Shown: piece after piece, positions 47,932-60,321 of the stretch
Layout: every line of letters begins with the position of its first letter
Numbering within the stretch: the stretch's first letter is position 1
Source: Macrostomum hystrix
Lineage: Eukaryota; Animalia; Platyhelminthes
DNA length: 64,000 bases
Direction of reading: 5' to 3'
Assembly (NCBI GenBank): GCA_950097015.1
Contig: CATNEN010000038.1
Location: 31,930,001-31,994,000 of the forward strand
Notes under the pieces: generated by a model
What the model was told of the DNA's origin: nothing
Seen by the model: only the letters and a program-made list of their open reading frames with translations
Databases searched by the model: none
Position numbers and translations under genes: made by a program

Positions 47932-48667
47932 AGAGGATTCCGACTGATATCACGTGACACAATTAAATGCGTAATGTTTTTTCTATAAATGTACCGTTGG
48001 ACAAGTTCAATTAGCAATTCAATGGGATATGTGTGGCTTATTTTCTTAGTTCAACTTTAACTTTCGCTTGCGTCTCTTTCTCATATAAATAAAGTCTATT
48101 TTTTTATTATTCTGTACAAGCCCATTTTTTATTGCGCATTTATAAATAACTCACCTGTCACCATATTCGCTACAAGCGTCCTAGTAGTATAGTGTAACTT
48201 ATTAATCTATTCATTTTGCTAGCCAAGTCCGAAGTGCAAAAATTATTAAACTGTAAGTTCAGGTTGTTTGTTAATGCTAAAGTTGTTTTTGGTAATTTTT
48301 CTGTGCATACTTTATAAATATAGTAATACTAATTAATTAAATATAATTTGGCCAACGATGACAATCGGGAGTTAGCTGCCGTTTGATCCCAATGATCATA
48401 GGATTTGATGCATGCCAATTTAAATAACAAAAAACAGGTCGAATTGCAATTCTGGAAACTTCTCGGAAAAGTAATCGTCAAGTTAATTGTTCTTAAAATC
48501 TTTTTTTAAATTGCGTGCATTTGGCCGCAGTGACATTTTGTCTAATCATACATTAATAAGTACCTATTATGTATATTAGTTATCTAGTAGTAAGTAGATC
48601 TTCGATTATTTCGAAATATGATCACAAGAATTTGTTGATGTTGGTTGAAGGGTGATTCTTAATGTGT

Positions 48668-49915
48668 TGGATAATTCTCAGTGGGTTGGAGGATAATTCT
48701 CAGTGGGTTTTGGGATAATTCTCAGTGGGTTATGGGATAATTCTCAGTGGGTTGGAGGATAATTCTCAGTGGGTTGGAGGATAATTCTCAGTGGGTTGGA
48801 GGATAATTCTCAGTGGGTTGGAGGATTATTCTCAGTGGGTTGGAGGATAATTCTCAGTGGGTTGGAGGATAATTCTCAGTGGGTTGGAGGATAATTCTCA
48901 GTGGGTTATGGAATAATTCTCAGTGGGTTGGAGGATAATTCTCAGTGGGTTGGAGGATAATTCTCAGTGGGTTGGAGGATAATTCTCAGTGGGTTATGGA
49001 ATAATTCTCAGTGGGTTGGAGGATAATTCTCAGTGGGTTGGAGGATAATTCTCAGTGGGTTGGAGGATAATTCTCAGTGGGTTGGAGGATAATTCTCAGT
49101 GGGTTGGAGGATAATTCTCAGTGGATTGGAGGATAATTCTCAGTGGGTTGGAGGATAATTCTCAGTGGGTTGGAGGATAATTCTCAGTGGGTTGGAGGAT
49201 AATTCTCAGTGGGTTGGAGGATAATTCTCAGTGGGTTGGAGGATAATTCTCAGTGGATTGGAGGATAATTCTCAGTGGGTTGGAGGATAATTCTCAGTGG
49301 GTTGGAGGATAATTCTCAGTGGGTTGGAGGATAATTCTCAGTGGATTGGAGGATAATTCTCAGTGGATTGGAGGATAAATCTCAGAGGGTTGGAGGATAA
49401 TTCTCAGTGGGTTGGAGGATAATTCTCAGTGGGTTGGAGGATTATTCTCAGTGGGTTGGAGGATTATTCTCAGTGGGTTGGAGGATTATTCTCAGTGGGT
49501 TGGAGGATTATTCTCAGTGGGTTGGAGGATAATTCTCAGTGGGTTAGGGGATAATTCTCAGTGGGTTATGGGATAATTCTCAGTGGGTTGGAGGATAATT
49601 CTCAGTGGGTTAAAGGATAATTCTCAGCGGGTTATGGGATAATTCTTAGTGGGTTGAAGGATAATTCTCAGTGGGTTAGGGGATAATTCTCAGTGGGTTG
49701 GAGGATAATTCTCAGTGGGTTGAAGGATAATTCTCAGCGGGTTATGGGATAATTCTCAGTGGGTTGAAGGATAATTCTCAATGGGTTGAAGTATAATTCT
49801 CAGCGGGTTTTGGGATAATTCTCAGTGGGTTGAAGGATAATTCTCAGTGGGTTATGGGATAATTCTCAGTGGGTTTGAGGATAATTCTCAGCCGGTTGGG
49901 GGCCGATTCTCAGTG
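48668..49915. repeat. 22-bp minisatellite GGAGGATAATTCTCAGTGGGTT, ~56 copies
   Basis: Visible tandem array. Confidence 0.97.
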
Positions 49916-50489
49916 TTTTCGAGTCACTAATTGTTACGCAAACACAAACGTGGTTCACGGTTGAATAAATCCGCACATATTTTACTGCAGTGGTGACAAA
50001 TTGGACTGACCATTTCCACCCAAATGTGCTATCAGTTACGTCACAAGTGCTGGCATTCGGCAGTGAAATTCAGTATGTGGGTGCATTTTGTTTCTTTATT
50101 CGTTAAGTTTATGTTCTGAGAAAGCTATAAGAATTTTAAAATGGATTATGCAATAACTAATTTAATAGAGAAAAGTTTAGAAAGTGACGAAAGTATTGCA
50201 TAATGACATTGTAGCTCATTCGAAATTATTGCCAAAAGCATTTATCACATTCTATTTGTGATAAATAAAATTTGTTCAGATGCTTTCTGAACAACTAAAA
50301 GCAATAAGATGTTATCACATTCCTCATAAATCGCAGTCCTTCCACAATGTTAAGCCTGAATCCCAGTCTGAAGGTCATTAGTCCGACTGCTTAAATCGGC
50401 TTCGGTTTTCTGAAATTTTCGGCGAGACAGCCATTGTTCAAGAATAAATAGGTAATCTCAAATGTTTTGTGTAAATAAATTCGAATTGA

Positions 50490-50913
50490 AGCCAAGGAAG
50501 AAGAGCATTGCGATGAGCATCAGCAGGGCGTAGAACAGGCAGCCGAGTCCCACGCTGGCCAGGAGGCAGTTGGCGCCGACGCCGCGGTTGCAGCAGCCGG
50601 AGTCTTCGAATGGCGGCTCGCCAGCGCAGCCGAACAATAATCCCATGTACAACAGCAGCACCAGAAGCAGGCAGAAGGTCACTAGCCCGATGCAGATGTA
50701 ATATCGGAATGAATCAAAATAGGACGCCATTTCCCAAACTGGCTCCTCCTGCCTTGAGATCGGATTGAACACTTGGAAAGCGCTAATGTTGCCATAGCGA
50801 CGCAGCTCAGCGGATAGCTGCGTTAGGGACTGGTTGATTGTAGCCCACTAGGACATGATCTGGCTGTTGTTCCTGTTCAGATTGCTCTGAGCCTCGGCTA
50901 TGTGCTTTTCGAA
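50490..50913 (-). pseudogene. Isolated prominin internal exon (TM3-TM4 region) with an in-frame stop
   Basis: Acceptor TTCCAG at 50914. Translation FEKHIAEAQ...QIMS*WATINQ...YFDSFRYYICIGLVTFCLLLVLLLYMGLLFGCAG...CCNRGVGANCLLASVG...MLFFLG has the prominin-type Cys/Gly loop. TAG at 50848-50850, and no donor after FLG. Confidence 0.7.
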
Positions 50914-50994
50914 CTGGAATGACACGCGAAAGCGCGGGCGCGGACGCGAAAGCTACAACCCGAAACCGTCACGCCACGTCACTCAGCAACACTT

Positions 50995-51565
50995 CTGAAT
51001 CCCTTTCCCTCACTCAGAATCCCATTCCCTCACTCAGAATCCCCTTCCCTCACTCAGAATCCCCTTCCCTCACTCAGAATCCCCTTGCCTCACTCAAAAT
51101 CCCCTTCCCTTACTCAGAATCCCCTTCCCTTCCTCAGAATACACTTCCTTCACTCGGAGTTCCTTTCCCTCACTCAAAATCCCCTTCTCTCACTCAGAAT
51201 CCCCTTCTCTCACTCAGAATCCCCAATTCCCTCACTCGGAATCGCCTTCTCTCACTCAGAATCCCCTTCCCTCACTTCCTTCACTCAGAATCCCCTACCC
51301 TCACTCCGAATCCCCTTCCTTCACTCGGAATCCCTTTCCCTCACTCAAAATCCCCTTCCCTCCCTTTCCCTCACTCAGAATCCCCTTCCCTCCCTTTCCC
51401 TCACTCAGAATCCCATTCTCTCACTCAAAATCCCCTTCCCTCACTTCCTTCACTCAGAATCCCCTACCCTCACTCAGAATCCCCTCTCCACACTTAGAAT
51501 CCTCTTTCCCTCACTCAAAATTGCCTTCCCTCACTTAGAATCCTCTCTCCACACTAAGAATCCCC
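50995..51565. repeat. 21-bp minisatellite CCTCACTCAGAATCCCCTTCC, followed by CT-rich sequence to ~51870
   Basis: Visible tandem array. Confidence 0.93.
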
Positions 51566-51925
51566 TTTCCATTCCTTTATCTCCCTTTCTTCTCCCTTCC
51601 TTCTCCTCCCTTCATTCTCTTCTCTTCGTTTGTCCTCCGTTCTTTCTGTTCCCCCCTAACAGAATCAGCTGTCACCAAACAGTTTGTGCCTATAATGCCA
51701 CTGGCATGCTCTCATTTTCAGACTGAGTCTCTACCCTTCCTTATCCTCTCTTCTCCTCCCTTTCTTCTTTGATTTCCTTCTCTTCTCTTCGTCTGTCCTC
51801 CGTTCATTCTGTTCCGCCCTAATTGTCTTCGCTTTGATTCCCTTCATACTCTCATTTCCCCATTCTAACCGGTATTTCTATACTTGGAGTCGAGAGCACA
51901 ATCGATAACAAAATCTTTCACACAG

Positions 51926-52387
51926 GACACCACCGCCTGGAATGTCGAATTATCGACATTCGCGCGTCGCCTTGTGGCTGAAAACGAGGCTAAGACTGCC
52001 GCTTGTTTGGCGTCGCTCTACGCCGAATTTGCCAGCGTCCGATTGGCTGAGCTGCGCAGCCACGGCGATTGGCTAAGAAGGAGGCGCCTATTCCAGGATG
52101 TCAAGTCCCGGCTAGACAGTCTAGTTGGCGAACAGGTTAGCGCATATGTTTCTTTTTCGTTAGATTAAGCTGACAACTATAACCTCATTATCCTGCATCG
52201 TTAACTACACCGCAGGAGTTCCTGACTGCGTTCGATCCCGAATCCGAGATTCGCTACGCGGCTTGGCTAGCTCCTAGAACACGCGCCGAGGCTAGCATCA
52301 CCTCGGCCAAGATCTGGGCGAAGGACATTGCCAATACCGACAGAATGCTTGAGGCGGCTAGCGAAGCGGCAGACCAGCACGCACGTT
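51926..52387 (+). CDS. Unknown helical protein fragment, two exons (51926-52135, 52216-~52387); 5' end not found, 3' end interrupted by a MITE
   Basis: CACAG|GAC acceptor and an 80-bp GTTAG...CGCAG intron keep one open, GC-rich, Ala/Leu/Arg-rich frame. No family recognised. Confidence 0.45.
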
Positions 52388-52710
52388 TTGCTATAGCCGC
52401 AACCCAGCCGCATCACTTTTTACAATCACTTGTACCACATGCAAAATCCGTCGTTCCTAATAGATTTTGACTAGATTTAATTGTACCACACGTTAAATTA
52501 TCATAATATTGCTAAATATGTCACTTTTGAAGCCTTTAAATTTCCGGATTTAAAAAAATCGGTGCGGCTGGCATTGGGCTGATGACTGGCGCCCTCGCTT
52601 CTGACTAGATTCTTGTACCGTTTTTAATTTATAAAATTTCAGCAAAATCCGCATCTTTTGAGTGGTACAAGTGATTTTAAAAAGTGATGCGGCTTGGTTT
52701 CGGCTAGAGA
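52388..52710. mobile_element. MITE-like element with ~45-bp imperfect TIRs
   Basis: TAGCCGCAACCCAGCCGCATCACTTTTTACAATCACTTGTACCAC (52394-52438) is inverted at 52662-52706. CACGTT flanks both sides (52382-52387, 52711-52716). Confidence 0.75.
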
Positions 52711-55192
52711 CACGTTGGTCAGATAGCTGCGGCAGCCATGCTCAGACGTTCGGCTGTCACCAAGGAGAAATTCCGACCTTTGAAAGAGGTCGGTTTGAAA
52801 GACCTTTGACATGTTCAGTCAGTGAAAGGTTTTTTCGGCTGCTTATTGTTGGTTTACAGCCTGCTATAAAATTATATAGACTTTCCCAATCAAGTGTGCT
52901 TATGCTACCATCGTCTAATTTTTGTGAATACAATTCAAACAAGCTTAACTGTTTTTAATGTTAGGTTTTCTATGTTAGGCAAACATTTGTAGCATCTGCA
53001 TTGCGTAGGTTTTGTTTTGACAAAACTTGCAAGAACCAACACGAAAATATTTTCAACGCATTCGACTTTTCTCTTCTTAATTAATTTATCGCGATGATCA
53101 GGCGATCCATCTTTTAGAGTTTTTGGGATTTATGATTTTTAAATGCTAAGAAGTAGCGTACAAATACACGTGTTCAATACTGCTGTTGATTTAAAAAGTA
53201 CAATTAAAAAAAAACTAAAAGCAACTCACTATTTTATTATTCGTTAATTTAAATACAATAAAATAAAAAATCGATTTCACCAAATAACGAGATAAAATGG
53301 TAATGAGGAAGAATCCTTAACCGGTTTCACAGTGTACGATCGAGTTAATAGACAGAAGGGTCGGGTGTCAATCTCTATATAAGTAGTAAGACATCATATC
53401 GTGTGGGATGCAGCAGTTATCATCAGCTAAGCGACACAGAAGGATTTTACGTTATTGCGTACGCGGTTTACTTACTAAAACAAAAGTTACTGCGAAAATG
53501 TCATTACTGGCTGGTCAGTTTATTTATTAATAACAGAAAAAACTGGAATAACTAAAAATGTGCTTGAGAAAGTGAAAAAGATTTAAAACGAATAAAATGA
53601 ATAAGTTGCAAAGACAAGCGCAGTAATTTCTATGAAACTGTGCACATCCTTCCGAATCTTTATGTAGATTAGTAAACAGTTGTGTAGTTTGGGTGCACGG
53701 ACATAACTTTTGCCCTACACAGTTATCAATATTTTACGTTTTTAGTATACTCTTTTTGCTTAGCTCATCTTTGCAATTTACTTATTTGCACACATTAAGA
53801 GACAAACTGACAGGTAACATTTATCAGAAAAGAGTCTTGTGACTGAAAGCTGTAAAACAGCACTATAAACTAAAATTAAACAGTTCAAACTTAACTCATT
53901 GACGTTTACTTTAAACTGAGAAGTTTTTTGTCTTACTGTGACTACTCTATGAAATGTGATGTAGAATCTCATTAAAAATGGATGTTAATATTACAAAGGT
54001 TGCGATGTTAATATCACCATTTTCATTTAGCTTATATATTTAAGTACATATAACTACTTGTATTAGTAAATTAAATTATGCCCATTAGACCTACTTAATA
54101 AGAGTAATTCCTCCGTTTCTTTATATTTAAAATAGGTATTCTTTTTGGGTCTTTATAAAACATTGGTTTGTTGGGTCACTGGGATCACTGGATTTGATGC
54201 ATTATAACAACACATGCTTTTCTTGCATTTAAATATCACTTAAAGCAACAAATAATATGAATAGCCAGTTACTTTTTTAAAGAATCACAGGCCATAAAAA
54301 AATTCTGAGTAAAAATGAATCTAAATAAAAAGTCTTTAAACTTTTATCTTATTTCTATATACTTCATTTTACTATTTTTTATTGAGCAAGCCCCATGAGC
54401 CCAGACCCATGTTTTATACCCACCAGTTCTACTCTGCCTCTTTAAGACAGAGTTTTGTTTGTTGTTGCCTAATTGTCTATTAAAAAATATTATCGCTTGG
54501 TGCTATAAGACATTGCCTTATAAGCATAGCTAGATTAAATAATAATATACCCTAAATTGCAATCTGAAATACTAGTCAAATATTTAATCGCCCCTAAAGC
54601 TTGAAGCACAGGTAAATGTGAATAAAAATACTGTCAATTATATATTTTATGTCTACCAGCAAAATTATTTAAGTTTTTTATAAGCTTTGTTTAATTTTAA
54701 GTCAGCCTAATTAAACCATTATTAATTCAAGTAAACATTTTTACAAGAGCATACTAAAAAAACTGTTTAATTTGCTTTTTGGGCTTTAATTTTCTGGGGG
54801 GACATTGTTCTTTGTTGCAGGTGAAACATTTTGGTCTACTAAAATTTTAACCCCTAAGGGGATTGATTACCTTTGGGTCACCTGGAATGGAGCAAATAGC
54901 TTAATGTGGGGATAGTTCGTTTAATGGGCTTCTGATAAACTTTTTTGATAGGATAAATAGCACAGTGAGGGCCATATTTGTATAATGTGTGATATTATTA
55001 GCAGAACTTGCTTAATTAGGGGTTAATTAGATGCGTGTTATCTGCTTATTTTATGCTTTCATTAGCCTAGTTTCCTATTTTCAATATGTATTTTCACTCT
55101 TTATCTTTGTGATAGTAGACTATGACTGTATATCATAGTGTCATAGTAAATCAGTAAGATTTGAGTTTATCAAAGTTCAAACCATGGATATG

Positions 55193-55552
55193 CGATGGTG
55201 TACTGTGGTTGAGCTGCGCCTAATATTTTAGCTTGATCAGTGAAATTGGAGAAATTCGCATCAGGGTGGCCATAGTGGCCTAGTTCCACCTGTTGTAGCC
55301 CTTGAAGGCCCAGCAGTCCGTCTAGATAAATGTATGTGACCAACAAAGACGGAGCTGGTGTAAGCACATTCGGGTGACATGCTGATAAATTTTGAAGGCC
55401 TGGCAAGGTCGCACTGAGGCGCAGAACCATTGAAAATCTCGACAGTCTGAAAAGCTGGCGACTTGATTATTGTTTCAGAAGATGCGCAACAAAGTTGGCC
55501 CGTGTTCTTGAGTTTCGTGTGCTTGCATTGCTCTGTTTGGGTGCAGCACAAA
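55193..55552 (+). repeat. Longest copy of the unidentified dispersed repeat
   Basis: Homologous to 38685-38905 and to the start of 36538-36652. Confidence 0.85.
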
Positions 55553-56134
55553 ACAAGTATATGTATTCCTGTCGTCTACCCATCATTATCTGGGTTATTA
55601 ATTCTGTGATTAATGTCAACAATTTTTAGCCGAAGACAAGACTAATAAACTATTGGATTTCAAGCTCTTAAACTAGGACACAGTCAGTCTAGTGCACTGT
55701 ACGAGTGTATGCCACAAATGCGCGCAATGAAAACACCCACATGTTGTTTCACTGTTGCTGTTTGACTCACTCACACTCTTATTTAAACAAATTTTCTGGT
55801 TCGCTAGATTTCGTCTTTCGTCTCCTCTCTCTCTCCCCCTGGTTCTCTCGACACCAACCCCCCAGATTATATATTCTTCTACCCCTAGGCATACTACATT
55901 ATATTTTCTGCTTGTCTGCTGTTTTGTTTGCAAACCCGGCGAGCATTCGAGAGGTCTTAGTTGCCATCGCAAATTGCCTATTTTTAGCAACACGCCTTGA
56001 TTCACTCGAACCAAATTGCGCTACGCTCACTGACAGAAGCCATTGAAGGTGCTCAAAGAGATTAAACTAATTATTTCTGAGACCAACAATCATCGCTACT
56101 GATTACAGCCTCAATCTAGTTGTCGTCGAGTCAG

Positions 56135-57277
56135 ATGCACTTTCTGTTATCATTATTGCTGCTTGGCTGTTTCTCAGTTCAGCTATCAGCGGCTAGCAGC
56201 TTGGAAGATTCTTTGAAGCCGCTCTATTCGGCAACCGAAAGCTTTCTAGACACAATTCAGCCGCCTGAGAAATCAATCCTACTCAAGGATGTCTCACTTC
56301 TGCTGATTTGTGAGTCATTTATTTTAATTGAAAATATCATTCTGCGAATTATTGCTGTAAAAGCAGTCAAGGTATCCATCGAATTTAGTGTGGGGTAGAA
56401 ATTTGGCTGATAATAACTTAAACTCCCGTTCAAGACATTTAGCTTATGGGGGCCCACTTTATGTATGGGATTAAAATAGGAACTTGCTGGACAAGAGATT
56501 AAGTGGTAAAAATGTTCTCTCGGGATAGAGATATCGGGGGCTAGATATACACTCGGGGTTGAGATATTATGGGCTAGATGTACACTCGGGGTAGAGATAT
56601 TATGATGGCTACATGTACACTCGGGGTAGAGATATTATGATGGCTACATGTACACTCGGGGTAGAGATATTATGATGGCTACATGTACACTCGGGGTAGA
56701 GATATTATGATGGCTACATGTACACTCGGGGTAGAGATATCGTGGGTTAGATGTACACTCGAGGTAGAGATATTATGGGCTATATAGTACACTAGGGGTA
56801 GAGATATCGTGAGCTAGATGTACGCTCAAGTGCATGTAGGGTAGTTTGTATAAAAATGTAAAAAAAATTTTTTTCGATTACAAACCATACATATAATATT
56901 TCGGAAATCATAAAGCTACTTCTTATTGAATTATTTTAGCCGGAAATATATCGAGTATAATTACGAAAGACTGGATGAATGTAAGTTTATATCGCATATC
57001 TGTTTACCGTTATATTACATAAATTGTATTTATCAAATCGTGTTTTATTAACACAGGTCAGCCGCTCTTGGTTAAACAGCTACCTAGGCTACACAATATT
57101 ATTATGCATTGGCTTATTCCTAATCCTGGTGATTCCTCTAGCTGGATGTTGCATCTGTTGTTGTCGAGTCTGTTGCAGCAAATGCGGTGGCCGGCTTAAT
57201 TACATGGAGCACAAGGGCGCGAGCTGTAAGAGAGTCACATACGGCACCCTGCTGCTGATCTTTGCTACCGCTATGCT
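56135..57277 (+). CDS. PROM1: Prominin (CD133-like), 5' exons 56135-56309, 56940-56980, 57057-57277; the gene continues beyond the window
   Basis: Signal peptide, LKPLYSATESFLDTIQP, TM1 followed by the Cys-rich IPLAGCCICCCRVCCSKCGG loop and CKRVTYGTLLL (TM2). GT-AG junctions in frame. The symbol denotes the prominin family. Confidence 0.85.
56530..56825. repeat. ~33-35-bp minisatellite (TGTACACTCGGGGTAGAGATATTATG...) in prominin intron 1
   Basis: About 8 copies. Confidence 0.9.
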
Positions 57278-57354
57278 GTAAGTGACACTCCTGTTTGCAC
57301 CTGTTTGCTTGTGCCCAGGATTATCTGCACCCTGCGCAAATTGTGTCTAGAGAT

Positions 57355-58005
57355 GGGTAGATTGGGGTGGGATGGGATAGATTGGGGTGGGGTAGATTGG
57401 AGTGGGGATGGATTGGGGTGTGGTAGATCGGGGTGGGATGGGATAGATTGGGGTGGGGTAGATTGGGGTGGGGTAGATTGGGGTGGGGTAGATTGGGGTG
57501 GGTAGATTAAGGTGAGATTGATAGGGTAAGCTGTATTGATAGGGTAGTTAGGGTTGGTTATGGTGTGGTTGATAGATAAGGTAGGTTGTAGCGTGGGTAG
57601 TTGGGGTTGGTTATCGTGTGGTTGATAGATAAGGTAGGTTGTAGCGTGGGTAGTTGGGGTTGGTTATGGTGTGGTTGATAGATAAGGTAGGTTGTAGCGT
57701 GGGTAGTTAGGGTTGGTTATGGTGTGGTTGATAGATAAGGTAGGTTGTAGCGTGGGTAGTTGGGGTTGGTTATGGTGTGGTTGATAGATAAGGTAGGTTG
57801 TAGCGTGGGTAGTTAGGGTTGGTTATGGTGTGGTTGATAGATAAGGTAGGTTGTAGCGTGGGTAGTTAGGGTTGGTTATGGTGTGGTTGATAGATAAGGT
57901 AGGTTGTAGGGTGGGTAGTTGGGGTTGGTTATGGTGTGGTTGATAGATAAGGTAGGTTGTAGGGTGGGTAGTTGGGGTTGGTTATGGTGTAGGTTGTGGG
58001 GTGGT
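57355..58005. repeat. G-rich arrays: 15-bp GGGGTAGATTGGGGT, then a 53-bp unit (~8 copies)
   Basis: GATAGATAAG recurs at 53-bp spacing (57571, 57624, ...). Confidence 0.93.
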
Positions 58006-58542
58006 TGTTTTATATGTTAGTCAGGCTTACAGCTAACTAGCTATGTAGTAAGCTATTATATATTTTGGTAGGGTTGCCAATGCCAGGTACTGTAATTAGC
58101 TTTGTGATAGACTATGCGCAATTAATTTGAGCTTAAACAACAAAATGCACAGGAAACAATTTGGCAAATTAATAATAAATGCACGAAGCAGAAATGCGAC
58201 TATAAACCAGCTAAAAGTATTTGGCAATTTCTGATTATCTTTCCCTGCCGACTCAAGCAGTGCTTGTGAGGGAATCAGACACATGCTTACTCGTATGTAG
58301 CTATTCGTTAAGGACCCTAGCCAAATGATAAAGCACTGACTGATAAAAAGTTTTTTTTTCACAGCGACAGTGTGACTCTCTGTATAATACATTTTCTCTC
58401 AACATTTTTTACCAACAGCTTTGCAGGATCTTATTAGTATCACGAATATAGCGACATACGTACCAGTAAACACTAAAACTAATGTAAACCAAGTGGTAGT
58501 CTTATTCCTAGTTAAGTTACGAAATCAACTAAATTACCCAAG

Positions 58543-59340
58543 TCTACTCCATTCCTATCTACCCCGTTCTTATCTACTTCATTTCCACATACTCCATTCC
58601 TATCTACTCCATCCCTGTCTATCCCATTCCCATCTACCTCATTCCCATCTACTCCATTCTCATCTACCTCATTCCCACCTACTCCATTCCTATCTACCCC
58701 ATTCCTATCTACTGCATTCCTGTCTACTCCATTCCTGTCTATCTTTTTCCTATCTACCCCATTCCTATCTACCCCATTCCCATATACTCCATTCCTATCT
58801 ACCCCATTCCTGTCTACTCCATTCCTATCTACTCCATTCCCATCTACTCCATTCCTATCTACCCCATTCCCATCTACCTGCTTTCCTGTCTACTCCATTC
58901 CTGTCTATCCTATTCCTATCCACCCCATTCCTATCTACCCCATTCCTATCTACTCCATTCTCATCTTCTCTATTCCTATCTACCCCATTCCCATTTAACA
59001 CATTCCTATCTACTCCATTCCTATATTCTCTATTCCTATCTACCCCATTCCTATCTACCCCATTCCCATCTACTCCATTCCTATCTACCCCATTCCTGTC
59101 TACTTCATTCCTATCTACCCCATTCCCATCAACTCCATTCCTATCTACCCCATTCCCATCTACCTGCTTTCCTGTCTACTCCATTCCTGTCTATCCTATT
59201 CCTATCCACCCCATTCCTATCTACCCCATTCCCATCTACTACATCCCTATCTACCCCATTCCCATCTACCCCATTCCTATCTGCCCCATTCCAGTCTACC
59301 CCATTCCTTTCTACCCCATTCCTGTCTACTCCATTCCCAT
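58543..59340. repeat. C-rich 15-bp minisatellite CTAC(T/C)CCATTCCTAT
   Basis: Visible degenerate array. Confidence 0.93.
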
Positions 59341-60012
59341 CAACACTAGCTTGTCATGCTATCAACATACTATTCTAGAATTTAGTTTCCAGAATTGTAT
59401 TCATACCCTTAAAGAATCTAGTCTGTGGAATCTAGTCCACAGGTATGTCAAGAAAGGTTTTAGCCCTATAACCTTAGTCCTGAAGTTTAAACGCCTTATC
59501 AAATTTTTTCTTATCTATTTCTTTGCGCAAACTTTGTGGTCAAAAATGAATAGCTATTTATTGTGCATTCTCTCAGCAATTTTTTGCGTAACGAAAAAAC
59601 ATTGCGTGACTTTTCTTTTGCTCGTTAAAGAAGACTACTCGCGACGCGCAATTCTTCTGTTTAATACAAAATATTTAATTAGGGTTCCATTGCCCACATC
59701 AATATTTGTTTAATGTGCGTTGACACCCCTCTGCCACAGTTTGTCTTAGAGCAACACTCAATCCCCAATTTGAGAACATCATTCAATCATCTAGTCACGA
59801 TCAGCTAGCTGCTAATGAGTCAATTTACCACTCAGCCACCAATCCATCTATCAATAAATCATTCAGTCGATGATCAATCAATCAATTATTCACTCTGTCT
59901 ATAATCAGTCTATAAAATCAATCAATCAGTCAATAATCAGTTTATCAATGTAATACTATAGCACCTCGCCTCGAGGTCATAGACATTAAAGACCGAGGAA
60001 ACCGTGATATAG

Positions 60013-60210
60013 GGTTATTGTAGTACGATAAGTACTAATCCCATTAGTACATCGCTGAGTGACTACGCAGCTGCGCAGCCCTCGAAACCATAGACATATC
60101 TATATATTATAGCTTAACGACCATAGACATTTTGAGTTTAACCTATTTTTGGATTTCCCTAGGGAAATCCCAGGGACGCGAAAGACCGCTTTTATCGAAC
60201 TACAATAATT
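60013..60210. mobile_element. Small MITE-like element
   Basis: TTATTGTAGTACGATAA ... TTATCGAACTACAATAA 17-bp inverted ends (1 mismatch), with internal palindrome GGATTTCCCTAGGGAAATCC. Confidence 0.55.
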
Positions 60211-60321
60211 TACTTAGTCAATAACCATTCTATCAAATTCATCAATCAGTCAATTATCAGTTTTGTCAATCTATCTATAAAATTGGGTCTATAAAATTTA
60301 TCACTTAGTAAATTATCCGTT

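Noticed and set aside
47415-48017. 200-aa hydrophobic antisense ORF
   Set aside because: Shadow of the Lys/Ala codons of H1.
50788-50801. Good X-box match GTTGCCATAGCGAC
   Set aside because: It lies within prominin-derived coding sequence with no known TSS nearby, so probably coincidental.
58421-59713. 430-aa His/Ser/Pro-rich ORF
   Set aside because: Mostly a translation of the 15-bp array, with a non-ATG start and no domain.
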